DNA of 64,000 nucleotides, from NCBI GenBank assembly GCA_018649625.1, contig JABIHN010000075.1, forward strand, positions 19,798-83,797, written 5' to 3'. The stretch is from Fidelibacterota bacterium. GTDB taxonomy: Bacteria; Fidelibacterota; Marinisomatia; Marinisomatales; UBA1611. Shown in pieces: positions 1 through 10,850 of the stretch. How positions within the stretch are numbered: position 1 is the stretch's first letter; the number at the start of each line of letters is the position of its first letter. The position numbers and the translations under genes are program-made. Below the pieces are notes generated by a model. The model was not told the DNA's origin. It worked only from the letters and a program-made list of their open reading frames with translations, and searched no databases.

Positions 1-438
1 TCCTAGTTTAGAAATTTTTGGTGCACGAATTAACACTGTTTCTAATTCAATATTTATTGGTGAATTAAAAAAATATTTTACCAACTCTGTAGATGACTCA
101 ATTTGTCGGCCATATGCATTTCGATCCACTGTTACGTTAAGAAAGCCCAAAGGATTAATCCGTTCATCATGAACATTTTTTGCCATCAATATCAACCCTG
201 CACAGGTTCCCATCACGGGTTTTTCATTTCCAAATTCAATCAACGCCTGACGCAAATGAAACGTATCAATCAATAAAGATATAGTTGTTGATTCTCCACC
301 CGGAATTACTAGCCCATCAATTGAGTCTAAATCTTTTGCCACTTTTACAGGAATTGATTCAATCCCAAGTTTGGAAAATACCTTATGGTGAAGGGCAAAA
401 TCTCCTTGAAGTTCTAAAACACCGACTTTAATTACCAA
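1..438 (-). CDS. pdxT: Pyridoxal 5'-phosphate synthase glutaminase subunit PdxT (partial; C-terminus lies beyond the left edge)
   Basis: Not in the ORF track because it runs off the window. My minus-strand translation from TTG at 438 reads (M)[20 protein letters not shown]...[12 protein letters not shown]...[15 protein letters not shown]...VDRNAYGRQ. This is a class-I amidotransferase pattern. The gene overlaps the pdxS stop by 7 nt. Confidence 0.85.
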   Translation of the reverse strand, partial: MVIKVGVLELQGDFALHHKVFSKLGIESIPVKVAKDLDSIDGLVIPGGESTTISLLIDTFHLRQALIEFGNEKPVMGTCAGLILMAKNVHDERINPLGFLNVTVDRNAYGRQIESSTELVKYFFNSPINIELETVLIRAPKISKLG

Positions 439-1313
439 CCCCTCTCTTGTAATCTTTCTTCCATTGGGATTTCAGACATATCTAATCCCTTCATAGCACT
501 TTTCAGTCCTGTACTTGCTGCTGCAACACGAATTGGATCCCGATAGTGTGTAGTGGCTTCAACGACTGCTTTTGCCCTCATTGCAGGATCATCACTTTTG
601 AAAATACCCGAACCAACAAATACTGTTTCAGCACCTAGTTGCATCATTAAAGAAGCATCTGCAGGAGTTGCAATACCGCCAGCAGCAAAATTTGGAACTG
701 GAAGTTTACCCAATTTTGCGACTTGTTGAACTAATGAAAGTGGGGCTCCTAAATTTTTTGCTTCTGCTACAAGTTCATCTTTTTCTAAACGAGTGACTCT
801 TTTTATTTCCGTCATAACCGTTCTCATGTGGCGAACGGCTTCAACAATATTTCCACTTCCTGCTTCTCCCTTTGTTCGAATCATGGCAGCACCTTCAGAG
901 ATTCTTCTTAACGCTTCCCCAAGATTTCTACAACCGCAAACAAAAGGTGCCTTAAAGTCATGTTTCCAAATATGATTATGCTCATCAGCAGGCGTTAGAA
1001 CTTCACTCTCATCAATAAAATCAATATCAAGTGTTTCTAGTACTTGTGCTTCTGCAAAGTGTCCAATTCGACATTTTGCCATAACAGGAATAGAAACTTG
1101 TTCTTGAATTCGACGAATCATTTCCGGGTCGCTCATTCTTGAAATTCCACCATCCTTTCTAATATCGGCAGGTATTCTTTCCAATGCCATTACAGCACAT
1201 GCACCTGCATCTTCAGCGATTTTCGCTTGATCAGAATTTGTTACATCCATAATCACACCGCCTTTTAGCATCTCTGCTAACCCTACTTTAATTTCAAATG
1301 TTCCTTTACTCAT
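432..1313 (-). CDS. pdxS: Pyridoxal 5'-phosphate synthase lyase subunit PdxS
   Basis: 293 aa with PdxS/SNZ motifs [42 protein letters not shown] and [11 protein letters not shown]. pdxT lies directly downstream. Confidence 0.95.
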   Translation of the reverse strand: MSKGTFEIKVGLAEMLKGGVIMDVTNSDQAKIAEDAGACAVMALERIPADIRKDGGISRMSDPEMIRRIQEQVSIPVMAKCRIGHFAEAQVLETLDIDFIDESEVLTPADEHNHIWKHDFKAPFVCGCRNLGEALRRISEGAAMIRTKGEAGSGNIVEAVRHMRTVMTEIKRVTRLEKDELVAEAKNLGAPLSLVQQVAKLGKLPVPNFAAGGIATPADASLMMQLGAETVFVGSGIFKSDDPAMRAKAVVEATTHYRDPIRVAAASTGLKSAMKGLDMSEIPMEERLQERGW

Positions 1314-2169
1314 AAACTATTTCCTTTTCAGTTATATGTCCAATTTCTTTAATTTTATCAACCACACCATCTATAAGATCGTCTGGAGTGGAGGCCCCAG
1401 CAGAAATACCAACTACTTTACATTTATTAAACCATGATTCATCCAAGTCATTTGAACAGGTAACTTGATATGAACGTTTATTTCTTTCTAACGATAATTG
1501 CGTTAACCTATTTGAATTTGCACTAGTAAACGACCCAATAACAATCATAACATCGCACTTAGATGCTAAAGATTTTATTTGTTCATGGTTCCGCCTAGTT
1601 GGATAACAAATTGTATTTACAAATCTCAAATCAAACACTTTTTCCATAAGTACATTGATAATGTTTTGAACATTTTCAATCATTTGAGTGGATTGACTCA
1701 CCACTCCTGCTTTTTTCATTTTACGAAGAGCATTTGCTTCATCAACATTAGCAATAATAATTGGTTCTTTAACTTGCGCTGCAATACCCAAAACTTCATC
1801 ATGACCATGGTCACCAATTATAATAGTCTTCCTTCCTTCTAACTCTAGACTTTTGATTTCATGGTGAATCTCAGTCACTAAAGGGCATGTTGCATCGATG
1901 ATTGTTAAATTTTTCTGATTAGCTTTATTCCAAGTATCTGGTGTAGTTCCATGGGCACGAAAAAGGATCGGTTTATTTTTAGGAACATCCTTCAACTTTT
2001 TGATTATTTTTGTACCTGCTTCTGATAAGTCTTCAACCACTTTTTCATTATGTACAATTGTTCCTAACATATAAACATCGCCATACTTTTCAGTAGTATC
2101 ATAAGCAAGATTCACTGCATCTCGAACTCCAAAGCAATATCCTGCATCTTTTGCCAATAATATCTTCAT
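1306..2169 (-). CDS. ispH: 4-hydroxy-3-methylbut-2-enyl diphosphate reductase
   Basis: 287 aa with [34 protein letters not shown] and [10 protein letters not shown]. These carry the three conserved Cys of IspH/LytB. Confidence 0.93.
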   Translation of the reverse strand: MKILLAKDAGYCFGVRDAVNLAYDTTEKYGDVYMLGTIVHNEKVVEDLSEAGTKIIKKLKDVPKNKPILFRAHGTTPDTWNKANQKNLTIIDATCPLVTEIHHEIKSLELEGRKTIIIGDHGHDEVLGIAAQVKEPIIIANVDEANALRKMKKAGVVSQSTQMIENVQNIINVLMEKVFDLRFVNTICYPTRRNHEQIKSLASKCDVMIVIGSFTSANSNRLTQLSLERNKRSYQVTCSNDLDESWFNKCKVVGISAGASTPDDLIDGVVDKIKEIGHITEKEIVYE

Positions 2170-3191
2170 AAAGCTTTATTTATTTTATTTTGTAGAGACT
2201 CGATTGACAAATTGACGACTATTTTTTTTACATCATCTAAAGAACCAGATACTAAAGCACCTGCGGCAAATGCATGTCCACCACCACCTAACGATTTTGC
2301 AATATCATTCACAACATAATTACCTTTAGATCTAAAATTTATTCTACAATTTTCTGAATTACTTTCAAATATCATTAAAGCAACTTCTACACCTTGAATG
2401 GATCTAACCAAATCAGAAAAGCCATCAACATCTGATTTTTGGGCGTTAGCATTAATCATCATGTCTTGAGTAATAATAAACCAAGCCAAATTACCATTTA
2501 ATTCATAATGTAAATTAGATAAAAGATCACCCATTAAACGCATCCGAGATTTTGTACTATTCTCATAAACTTTTTGATAAACAGTATGTGTTTCAACACC
2601 AAACTCTAAACATTGTATTGCAATTTCATGGCATTTTTGATTAGTATTGCTGTAACGAAAACATCCCGTGTCTGTCATAACCGCTGTATATATTCCTAAA
2701 TAACTTTCTTTTGGAATTGGTTTTTCACTTACAAGTGTTAAATAATCAAATACCATACAACCTGTAGCGGCTGCCGATAAATCGACCACATTATGAGTGA
2801 ATGGATGTTCTTCTGGATGTGGGTGGTGATCAATATTTAAAGTTGTCAAATTATATGTTTTAATTGCGTCCACAATTGTTCTAATTCGAACAAAATTTCC
2901 TACATCAAAAATAATCACTAAATCTACATTTTCAATCCAAGAGTCATGTATACTTTTATCATACGATTCAAAAATGGAATCCAAGTTCAGAAAGTTATAA
3001 TCATCAGGTAATGGTGAATAATTTACTATACGTATATCTTTCCCAATTTCTTTTAAATGATAATACATACCACTTTCGGCACCAAGTCCATCTCCATCAG
3101 GGTTTTCGTGAGTGGTAAGCATAATTCGATTTGCTGAACTTATCAAATTATGGACTTTAGTCCAATCAATCGGTGTATTATTAAAATTCAT
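2166..3191 (-). CDS. nrnA: DHH/DHHA1 phosphoesterase (NrnA-like oligoribonuclease / pAp phosphatase)
   Basis: 341 aa with HENPDGDGLGAE, NIDHHPH and C-terminal GGGGHAFAAG (DHHA1). Confidence 0.8.
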   Translation of the reverse strand: MNFNNTPIDWTKVHNLISSANRIMLTTHENPDGDGLGAESGMYYHLKEIGKDIRIVNYSPLPDDYNFLNLDSIFESYDKSIHDSWIENVDLVIIFDVGNFVRIRTIVDAIKTYNLTTLNIDHHPHPEEHPFTHNVVDLSAAATGCMVFDYLTLVSEKPIPKESYLGIYTAVMTDTGCFRYSNTNQKCHEIAIQCLEFGVETHTVYQKVYENSTKSRMRLMGDLLSNLHYELNGNLAWFIITQDMMINANAQKSDVDGFSDLVRSIQGVEVALMIFESNSENCRINFRSKGNYVVNDIAKSLGGGGHAFAAGALVSGSLDDVKKIVVNLSIESLQNKINKAL

Positions 3192-3734
3192 TTATTTTTT
3201 ATGATTCCATTGAATTTCTTTTAAATTTTCTTTAGACTGAACTTTTCTGGCTAGAATGAACAAGTAATCTGACAAACGATTTAAATAAACCAAATGAAGG
3301 TCATTTCTATTTTCATTAACAAACAATGCAACCAATGTTCGTTCGGTGTTTCTTGTTTCAGTTCGAGCAATATGAATTCTTGCTGATAACTCTGAACCAC
3401 CTGGGAGTATAAACTCTTTTAGAGGAGGAAGTTCCCCATTTAAATTTTCAATTTCTGATTCTAACCAAAGAATTCTACCTTTTGTCAAAAGATTCATATT
3501 AGAGTTTGGAATAGATAATTCACCTCCTATATTAAATAAATCCTGTTGTATTAATTCAAGATCAACTTTAATATTTTTAGGCGCATTGACGGCAGCCCAA
3601 CCTAGTATTGAATTTAAATGGTCGATTTCACCCAAAACATTAATACGAATATTATTTTTCGATATACGGGTCCCATCACCTAAGCCTGTTTCACCTTTAT
3701 CACCCGACTTTGTTGTTGTTTTTGAAATCCGCAT
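3192..3734 (-). CDS. PduO-type ATP:cob(I)alamin adenosyltransferase
   Basis: 180 aa. The N-terminus TKSGDKGETGL..GTRISKN, then GEIDHLNS and LPGG, are typical of the PduO/MMAB family. Confidence 0.82.
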   Translation of the reverse strand: MRISKTTTKSGDKGETGLGDGTRISKNNIRINVLGEIDHLNSILGWAAVNAPKNIKVDLELIQQDLFNIGGELSIPNSNMNLLTKGRILWLESEIENLNGELPPLKEFILPGGSELSARIHIARTETRNTERTLVALFVNENRNDLHLVYLNRLSDYLFILARKVQSKENLKEIQWNHKK

Positions 3735-5161
3735 TAGAAAAATAAATAGCTAACCACAATAAGCAATGGTAGAAGAATAGGAATTGACCATTTTAACAAA
3801 TAACCAAAAAAACTTGGCATTTCAATTCCCGATGATTCTGAAATGGATTTTACCATAAAATTAGGAGCATTACCAATATAGGTATTTGCTCCCATAAATA
3901 CAGCTCCTGCTGATATAGCCAAAAGCGTTTCAGACATCTCCCCCATCAGCGTTATAGGATTACCACCAGCAGTATTAAAAAACACTAAATATGTAGGTGC
4001 ATTATCTAAAAAGCTTGATAAAATACCTGTTGCCCAAAAATACATATAATTGATCGGATTTCCATCACCATCAGATACAGATGAAACAATATTACTTAGT
4101 ACTCCATTTTCACCGGCTTTTAAAATTGCAATTGCAGGTATAATGGTTATAAAAATAGCAGAAAATAACTTTGCAACTTCTATAATTGGAAACCAAGTAT
4201 ATTCGTTCGCTTTTCGAATTAAATGGGAAGTCTTAATCCAGCTTAAATAGGTTAAACCAAGGAGTAGAAAATCCCTTACTATATTTTGCAATTCTAATTG
4301 GACATAATAAATTTCTATATGGATTCCAGGTTTCCAAAACCCACTTAATAATACGCCTCCAATAACACCTAATAATAAAATTAGATTCAAAGAACCTTTT
4401 AAACCTAGTTTTTCTGAATTATCAATATCAGTAACTGGAATTAACTCCTTCCCATAATAATAGGTGTCCATAGCAAAGAAAATTATCAATAAAGATACAA
4501 CCATAAAAAGCATGGGGTAAAACATTGCCGTTGTTGTCCAAAAGAAATCTACGCCTTTTAAAAAGCCTAGAAATAAGGGCGGATCACCAAGAGGTGTGAG
4601 AGCTCCTCCAATATTTGCCACTAAGAAAATAAAAAAAACAATGATATGAACTTTATTTTTCCTATGGTTATTCGCTCTAATAAGTGGTCGAATTAGCAAC
4701 ATGGCAGCGCCTGTTGTTCCCATCCAACTCGCAAGGATCGTACCTATTAAAATGATAGCTGTGTTTAAAAAGGGTGTCCCCACTAAAGAGCCCGTTAATT
4801 GAACACCTCCAGAAATAGTAAATAATGCCAATAATAAAATTATAAAAGGAACGTATTCTAATAAGCCTACATGGAGAAGTTCATATAAAGTGATTTCCCA
4901 CCCTTGAATTATTAAAAAAGGGACGATGAAGGCACTTGCCCATAATAATGATATTTTACCAAAATTATGATGCCAATAGTGAGGTGCAACCAAAGGAAAC
5001 ACCGCAATAGATAGAAGAATACCTACAAAAGGTATAATCCAATATATTGATAAGTTTTCAACATTACCATTTAGGTGAGGTAAATCACCATGTCCACCAC
5101 TGGCAAAAGATATGGCAGGAATTACCATAACCAATAAACTAATTATTTTTTGAATTAACAT
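3734..5161 (-). CDS. Polytopic ion transporter, ArsB/NhaD-like (IT superfamily); putative Na+/H+ antiporter
   Basis: 475 aa, signal-like N-terminus, more than 10 hydrophobic segments, and repeated G/P-rich helices of citrate-transporter/NhaD-like permeases. Substrate is not determinable from sequence. Confidence 0.55.
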   Translation of the reverse strand: MLIQKIISLLVMVIPAISFASGGHGDLPHLNGNVENLSIYWIIPFVGILLSIAVFPLVAPHYWHHNFGKISLLWASAFIVPFLIIQGWEITLYELLHVGLLEYVPFIILLLALFTISGGVQLTGSLVGTPFLNTAIILIGTILASWMGTTGAAMLLIRPLIRANNHRKNKVHIIVFFIFLVANIGGALTPLGDPPLFLGFLKGVDFFWTTTAMFYPMLFMVVSLLIIFFAMDTYYYGKELIPVTDIDNSEKLGLKGSLNLILLLGVIGGVLLSGFWKPGIHIEIYYVQLELQNIVRDFLLLGLTYLSWIKTSHLIRKANEYTWFPIIEVAKLFSAIFITIIPAIAILKAGENGVLSNIVSSVSDGDGNPINYMYFWATGILSSFLDNAPTYLVFFNTAGGNPITLMGEMSETLLAISAGAVFMGANTYIGNAPNFMVKSISESSGIEMPSFFGYLLKWSIPILLPLLIVVSYLFF

Positions 5162-5276
5162 GAATTATTATCTATTTAATTTAAGCCTATAAATTACTAT
5201 GATTCTTTTATAGATGTGAATACAGAACAAAAATTATTGAGTATAAAATTATAATTAATTTTATGTAATTTTCTAG

Positions 5277-5462
5277 ATGAATATCGTACTCGGAATTATC
5301 ATTTTACTCATAGCTATTGCTGGAATGGCAATTGGCATTATATTTAACAGAAAACCATTAACAGGATCTTGTGGAGGAGCAAACTCTGATGGAAATTGCC
5401 CGACCTGTGGAGGTGATACAGTTAAATGTAAAAATACCGACATAGAAACAATTAAGATATAA
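5277..5462 (+). CDS. nqrM: (Na+)-NQR maturation factor NqrM (DUF539)
   Basis: 61 aa: one N-terminal TM helix followed by the Cys cluster GSCGG...GNCPTCGG...C. Sits next to apbE and nqrA-F. Confidence 0.75.
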   Translation: MNIVLGIIILLIAIAGMAIGIIFNRKPLTGSCGGANSDGNCPTCGGDTVKCKNTDIETIKI

Positions 5463-6531
5463 TCTCAAACATCGGATCTGCAATTTTCACTTTATCAGAT
5501 AATGCAATGCATTTAGTTCCATCCTGATTATCTAATATCCAGATAGCTTTTATATTTAAATTATTGTTTACCATTTTCAAACCAGTTTCATAATTCATCG
5601 CCATTAGCGCTGTAGCCCAAGCATCAGCCACCATACATTGAGAAGCTAAAACAGTTACTGATAATACATTCGTTTTAATTGGGTATCCTGTTTTAGGGTC
5701 AATAGTATGTCCAAGCTTTTCACCATTTTTTGTTACAAAATTACGATAATTACCCGAAGTTGCTACTGCTCCACTTTCGGGGTAAATAATACCCGCAAAA
5801 TAGTTGTTTTGTTCTTTTCCGTTCGATGGATTTTCAATTCCTATAGACCAATATTTATTTTTTTGGTTTCGTCCAATACACTGAACTTCTCCACCAATTT
5901 CTACAAATATATTTTTGAAATGTTTTGATGTTAAGAAATAGAATACTTCATCAACTGCATATCCTTTTGCAATGGCATTTAAATCCATTTTAGTCCGAGA
6001 ATCTGATTTTTGAATTCTATTATGAGTTAAATTTATTTTATCAAACCCTGTGTATAATAAAACTGAATTAACATCTTTTTGGGTTGGCATCATTTTTTTA
6101 GGATTTGGTCCAAAACCCCATAAATCTAATAGATTATAAACTGTTATATCGAAAGCACCATCAGTTAGAATTGATATTGAATTTGCACTCTTAAATAATT
6201 CATATAACTGTGATGAAACTAATATTGGTTCTGTTGACTTATTTAAATTTAAGTTGGAGATTTCGCTTTGCGGGTCCCATGTGGACATTGTTTGATTAAT
6301 CTCTAATAATATAGAATCAATCCCTTCCGTGATTACATCTCTATTAATTTCATTTGAATTAGTGATTAACTTAATTGAATAGCTTGTTCCCATAGTTTGG
6401 CCAGATACCTGGTGTAAATATCTAGGACTACTACACCCTATCAATAATAATAAAAAACCCTCAGCCAATCGACGGAGGGTTTTTATAATAAATATTGTGT
6501 TTATATGACTAGCCAAAACTGTCGTAAGCAA
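5452..6531 (-). CDS. apbE: FAD:protein FMN transferase ApbE (lipoprotein)
   Basis: 359 aa with lipobox LLIGCSS and motifs [41 protein letters not shown] and [11 protein letters not shown] start overlaps the nqrF 3' end; an alternative TTG lies 15 nt downstream. Confidence 0.9.
   Translation of the reverse strand: MLTTVLASHINTIFIIKTLRRLAEGFLLLLIGCSSPRYLHQVSGQTMGTSYSIKLITNSNEINRDVITEGIDSILLEINQTMSTWDPQSEISNLNLNKSTEPILVSSQLYELFKSANSISILTDGAFDITVYNLLDLWGFGPNPKKMMPTQKDVNSVLLYTGFDKINLTHNRIQKSDSRTKMDLNAIAKGYAVDEVFYFLTSKHFKNIFVEIGGEVQCIGRNQKNKYWSIGIENPSNGKEQNNYFAGIIYPESGAVATSGNYRNFVTKNGEKLGHTIDPKTGYPIKTNVLSVTVLASQCMVADAWATALMAMNYETGLKMVNNNLNIKAIWILDNQDGTKCIALSDKVKIADPMFEIIS
6454..6483 (-). terminator. 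Intrinsic-terminator-like hairpin inside the apbE signal-peptide codons, just after nqrF
   Basis: Minus strand reads AAAACCCTC-(12 nt loop)-GAGGGTTTT followed by TTATTATTATT. This is a perfect 9-bp stem with a U-rich tail, 26 nt downstream of the nqrF stop. Confidence 0.4.
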
Positions 6532-7732
6532 TCATTTCTGGTTCAACACCTAAGTTATCCAGCATCCCTTCTACAGCACCAATCATTGGGGGTGGACCAC
6601 ACATATAATATTCAATTTCAGTGGGATCGTCATGTTTGGATAAATACTCATCATAAAGGACTTGATGGATAAATCCGGTTGGTCCTGTCCAGTTATCTTC
6701 TTCCATGGCATCCGAGAGAGCTACATTATAACTGAAATTTGGAAATTCTTTAGCTATTTCTTTGAATTGACTGTCATAAAACATTTCACGAACAGAACGA
6801 GCACCGTACCAAAACGATACTTTTCGCTTTGTTTTTAGGGTATGAAAAAGATGAAACAAATGAGAGCGCATTGGTGCCATTCCAGCTCCACCTCCCACAT
6901 AAACCATTTCCCGTTCGGTTTCCTTTGCGAAAAATTCTCCATAAGGACCAGAAATTGTAACTTTATCACCTGGCTTTAAATTGAAAATATATGATGATGC
7001 TAATCCTGGCGGAACGTCATTCCATAACGGTGGTGGCGGTGTTGCGATGCGAACATTTAACATAACTTTATTTCCTTCAGCAGGATGATTTGCCATAGAA
7101 TAGGCTCTAAATATTGGATCATCATTATTTGCTACTAAATCCCATATTTTGTATTTATCCCAATCTTCATGGTATTCATCTTCAACCGAAAAATTATTAA
7201 ATGTTAAATTATGATATTCTGGTATATCAATTTGAATGTATCCACCAGCTTCAAAGTTCAAATTTTCACCATCTGGCAAGTCCATCACTAATTCTTTGAT
7301 GAAAGTTGCAACATTTTCATTTGATTTAACTGTACAATCCCATTTTTGAATACTAAATACTTCATCAGGAACTTGAATCTTCATATTTTCTTTTACTTTC
7401 ACCTGGCAAGCTAATCGCCAATTTTCTTTGGCATCATTTCTATTTATATGTCCAGTTTCAGTTGGTAGAATTTCACCTCCTCCATCTAAAACCTGACACC
7501 GACACATAGCACATGTACCTCCTCCTCCACAAGCAGAAGGGAGATATATTGTATCACTTGCCAAAGCATTTAATAATGTACCACCTGGTCTAACCAAAAT
7601 TTCTCTTTCATTATTCACCGTGATTTTCATATCACTTTGGGGCAATAATTTACTTTCAGCGAAATTAAGAATTAAAACTAGAACTAAAACAATTCCAGTA
7701 AAAACAGCAATGCTTAGTAATATTAATTCCAT
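6509..7732 (-). CDS. nqrF: Na+-translocating NADH:quinone reductase subunit F
   Basis: 407 aa: N-terminal TM, 2Fe-2S motif [15 protein letters not shown] motif RAYSMAN and NAD motif GGGAGMAPM. Confidence 0.95.
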   Translation of the reverse strand: MELILLSIAVFTGIVLVLVLILNFAESKLLPQSDMKITVNNEREILVRPGGTLLNALASDTIYLPSACGGGGTCAMCRCQVLDGGGEILPTETGHINRNDAKENWRLACQVKVKENMKIQVPDEVFSIQKWDCTVKSNENVATFIKELVMDLPDGENLNFEAGGYIQIDIPEYHNLTFNNFSVEDEYHEDWDKYKIWDLVANNDDPIFRAYSMANHPAEGNKVMLNVRIATPPPPLWNDVPPGLASSYIFNLKPGDKVTISGPYGEFFAKETEREMVYVGGGAGMAPMRSHLFHLFHTLKTKRKVSFWYGARSVREMFYDSQFKEIAKEFPNFSYNVALSDAMEEDNWTGPTGFIHQVLYDEYLSKHDDPTEIEYYMCGPPPMIGAVEGMLDNLGVEPEMIAYDSFG

Positions 7733-8340
7733 TAAAGATCAATTCCTGAAAAGGCCATAAAAGCCATTGATAGTAGTCCTGTAAGTAACATTGTTATTCC
7801 TAAGCCACGAAGTTTCCGTGGTACATTTGAATATCGTAATCTGTGTCGAATAGACGCCATTGAGACAATTGCAAGAAACCAGCCCATCCCTGAACCAAAT
7901 CCAAAAATGGTCGATTCCAATAAAGTATATTCTCTTTCAACTAAAAATAAGGAACCACCAAGGATAGCACAATTCACAGCAATTAGGGGTAAAAATATTC
8001 CGAGATTATGGTACAGGGTTGGTGAAAATCTATCTAAAATCATTTCAACCAATTGAACCATGGCAGCTATAACTGCAATAAATATAATGAAATTTAAAAA
8101 ACTCAAATCGACTTCTGGAAATCCTGCCCAAGCCAAAGCACCTTCTTGTAATAAATAATGGTGAATTGCCCAGTTTGCAGGTGCAGTAATAGTTAATACA
8201 AAAACCACAGCAAATCCAAGGCCAATGGATGTATCAATCCTTTTGGAAATTGCAAGAAACGAACACATTCCAAGAAAATATGCCAAAAGAATATTTTCTA
8301 CAAACATGGCTTTGGTCGCAAGACTAATATAATGTTCCAT
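7732..8340 (-). CDS. nqrE: Na+-NQR subunit E
   Basis: 202 aa, six hydrophobic helices, conserved Cys in AVNCAILGG. Its position in the nqr order fits. Confidence 0.9.
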   Translation of the reverse strand: MEHYISLATKAMFVENILLAYFLGMCSFLAISKRIDTSIGLGFAVVFVLTITAPANWAIHHYLLQEGALAWAGFPEVDLSFLNFIIFIAVIAAMVQLVEMILDRFSPTLYHNLGIFLPLIAVNCAILGGSLFLVEREYTLLESTIFGFGSGMGWFLAIVSMASIRHRLRYSNVPRKLRGLGITMLLTGLLSMAFMAFSGIDL

Positions 8341-8342
8341 AC

Positions 8343-8969
8343 CTATTCCTCTTCAATATCCGCTGAAATTCGGTGAACCCAAACGATTAATCCTAAAATC
8401 ACAAATGCTCCAGGAGAAAGAACCATAAGCCCCATATTTTCATATCCAGCTTCATAGAACGAATCGGGAATAACTTGGTATCCGTAAAGAGTTCCACTTC
8501 CAAATAATTCTCTAAAAAAGGAGACCACAATTAAAATGCCACCATATCCCAGTCCATTACCTAATCCATCTAAAAATGATTTCCCTGGTGTATTTTGCAT
8601 TGCAAATGCTTCTGCCCTTCCCATAACAATACAATTGGTTATTATTAATCCAACAAAAACAGACAACTGTTTACTAATATCATACATGTAAGCTTTTAAT
8701 ACTTGATCTGTTATAATTACGAGAGAAGCTATAATCGAAAGCTGAACAATAATTCGAACTTTGCCAGGAATTAAATTTCGAAGTAATGCAATTAGTGTAT
8801 TTGAAATAGATAGAACAGCAATTACAGCTAATGACATAACGACAGCTGTGTCCATTTTCACTGTAACAGCTAAAGCAGAACAAATCCCTAATACTTGTAG
8901 CGTAATAGGATTATTCACACTCAATGGATCTGTAAAAGCTTGTTTAGATTTTTTATCAAGGAAAGCCAT
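8343..8969 (-). CDS. nqrD: Na+-NQR subunit D
   Basis: 208 aa of the RnfE/NqrD type with [10 protein letters not shown] and [14 protein letters not shown]. Confidence 0.9.
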   Translation of the reverse strand: MAFLDKKSKQAFTDPLSVNNPITLQVLGICSALAVTVKMDTAVVMSLAVIAVLSISNTLIALLRNLIPGKVRIIVQLSIIASLVIITDQVLKAYMYDISKQLSVFVGLIITNCIVMGRAEAFAMQNTPGKSFLDGLGNGLGYGGILIVVSFFRELFGSGTLYGYQVIPDSFYEAGYENMGLMVLSPGAFVILGLIVWVHRISADIEEE

Positions 8970-9676
8970 TAACTATTCCCTCTTATTGCTTTAAAAAAAG
9001 GTTCGTATTTTAAAAGATCATCTAACAGAAAAACTTCCAACCCCTTCCCTGTCATGGTGGCCCCAGATATTCCATCTACTTTATGAATGGCTTTTGGGTC
9101 ATCAGATAAAACTTTTCCTTTTACAACTTTTACACCCACCAATTGGTCACTCTCATCTACGAATTTTTTTCCAATAAAATTCTTTTGAAACCATAATTTA
9201 TCAACTTCTGCGCCCAATCCTGGCGTTTCACCATGCTTATAAAAAGTAATTCCCTTTACTGTTCTTCCATCAGGTTCAACAGCGAAATATCCGTATAATG
9301 TTGACCATAGCCCTTTACCTGCTATTGGAATTGCATACCCACCTATCTTATTACCTGATTTTTTTATATAAATTGGCAAATTCTCAATATCTTTAACAGT
9401 ATCAATTTTTTTAGGATCTTTATCGGTTTTATTCCCTTTTGCATCCAAAACAATCGCATTAATATTTTTGTCGAAAAGTGAATGAATTTCTTCAGAAGAC
9501 CAAATCTTATCTGCTGCAGGTTTAAATCCTAATGATAGAAGAATATTTTTCTTCATATCATTTGCTACATTTAATTCTTGTCTCTCTTTTAATGCATCTG
9601 CGGCAACTGCCAATAAAAAGCCCAAAACAATGGTAACAATAGATGTAAAAACGATAGTATATGTGTTACTTCGCAT
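8969..9676 (-). CDS. nqrC: Na+-NQR subunit C
   Basis: 235 aa: single N-terminal TM and the covalent-FMN site [12 protein letters not shown]. Confidence 0.9.
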   Translation of the reverse strand: MRSNTYTIVFTSIVTIVLGFLLAVAADALKERQELNVANDMKKNILLSLGFKPAADKIWSSEEIHSLFDKNINAIVLDAKGNKTDKDPKKIDTVKDIENLPIYIKKSGNKIGGYAIPIAGKGLWSTLYGYFAVEPDGRTVKGITFYKHGETPGLGAEVDKLWFQKNFIGKKFVDESDQLVGVKVVKGKVLSDDPKAIHKVDGISGATMTGKGLEVFLLDDLLKYEPFFKAIRGNS

Positions 9677-10847
9677 ATCGTGCCATCCGTTGTTTTATAT
9701 TTCCTTGTATTACAAAGTAATCGATAAGCGGTGCAAAAGCATTCATGAGTAAAATAGCTAGCATTGTCCCTTCTGGATACGCTGGATTAATAGAACGTAT
9801 AATAACTGTTAATCCACCGATAAATATTCCATAAACCCAACGACCTTTATCTGTATGAGTTCCTGTAACTGGTTCCGTTGCCATAAATACCACCCCAAAT
9901 GCAAATCCCCCCATAACCAAATGGTAATGCGCAGGAAGTGTCAGCATGGTATTAGAAGACCCGGTTAATTCTGCCATGAAATTGGTAAGGGTTGCCATAC
10001 CGGTTAACCCAATGATGGCACCTACCATGACACGCCAAGAAGCCATTCCCGTAACTAGAAGGAAAATAGCTCCAACCATAATCCATAATGTACTTGTTTC
10101 TCCAATGGAACCTGGAACCCACCCCATAAACATATTTAACCAAGAGTAATCAAATTGTGAAACTGAGTCTAATAAAGTAACAGCATCCTGACTTTTTTCT
10201 GCTGCAGGAATTGCCAAAGCTGTAGCACCAGAATATCCATCAGGTCCTGATATCCAAACTTTATCTCCTGAAATTCTTACTGGATATGTAAAAAATAAAA
10301 ATGCTCGTGCCACCAATGCAGGGTTAAAAATATTCATTCCCACTCCACCAAAAATTTCTTTTCCAATCACAATACCAAAAGAAGTTGCAACCGCTACTTG
10401 CCATAGTGGAATCGTTGGAGGCATAATCAAAGGAATCAAAGCACACGTTACAAGAAACCCTTCAGAAATTGGATGTTTTCTAACAACCGAAAAAATGATT
10501 TCCCAGAGAGCACCTGCACCAAATGTTACTGCAATAATAGGTAGAATCTTTAATGCACCTTGAATAAGATTTTCTGACCAAGTATTCGTTTGCCCTAAGG
10601 ATAGCGCCATTTGATATCCAATATTCATCGCTCCAAAGATATACGCAGGTAATAAAGCTATTACTACGAGAATCATAACTCTCTTTACATCAAGGCTATC
10701 TCTAATATGGGGACCTGAATGAGTTCGTTTATCAGTCGAAAAAAGAATAGTATCTGTTGCTTCAAATACTGGGTAATATTTTTCTAAATAACCACCTTTA
10801 TCAAAGTGTGGTTTTATTTTATCTAATATGTTTTTTAGCCACTTCAT
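9666..10847 (-). CDS. nqrB: Na+-NQR subunit B
   Basis: 393 aa polytopic protein with FMN attachment motif GYSGATAL. It is RnfD/NqrB-like. Confidence 0.9.
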   Translation of the reverse strand: MKWLKNILDKIKPHFDKGGYLEKYYPVFEATDTILFSTDKRTHSGPHIRDSLDVKRVMILVVIALLPAYIFGAMNIGYQMALSLGQTNTWSENLIQGALKILPIIAVTFGAGALWEIIFSVVRKHPISEGFLVTCALIPLIMPPTIPLWQVAVATSFGIVIGKEIFGGVGMNIFNPALVARAFLFFTYPVRISGDKVWISGPDGYSGATALAIPAAEKSQDAVTLLDSVSQFDYSWLNMFMGWVPGSIGETSTLWIMVGAIFLLVTGMASWRVMVGAIIGLTGMATLTNFMAELTGSSNTMLTLPAHYHLVMGGFAFGVVFMATEPVTGTHTDKGRWVYGIFIGGLTVIIRSINPAYPEGTMLAILLMNAFAPLIDYFVIQGNIKQRMARYAK

Positions 10848-10850
10848 TAC

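Noticed and set aside
432-438. A possible non-canonical ATT start for pdxT overlapping the pdxS stop
   Set aside because: An in-frame TTG two codons upstream (436-438) gives a conventional start, so no exotic initiation is needed.
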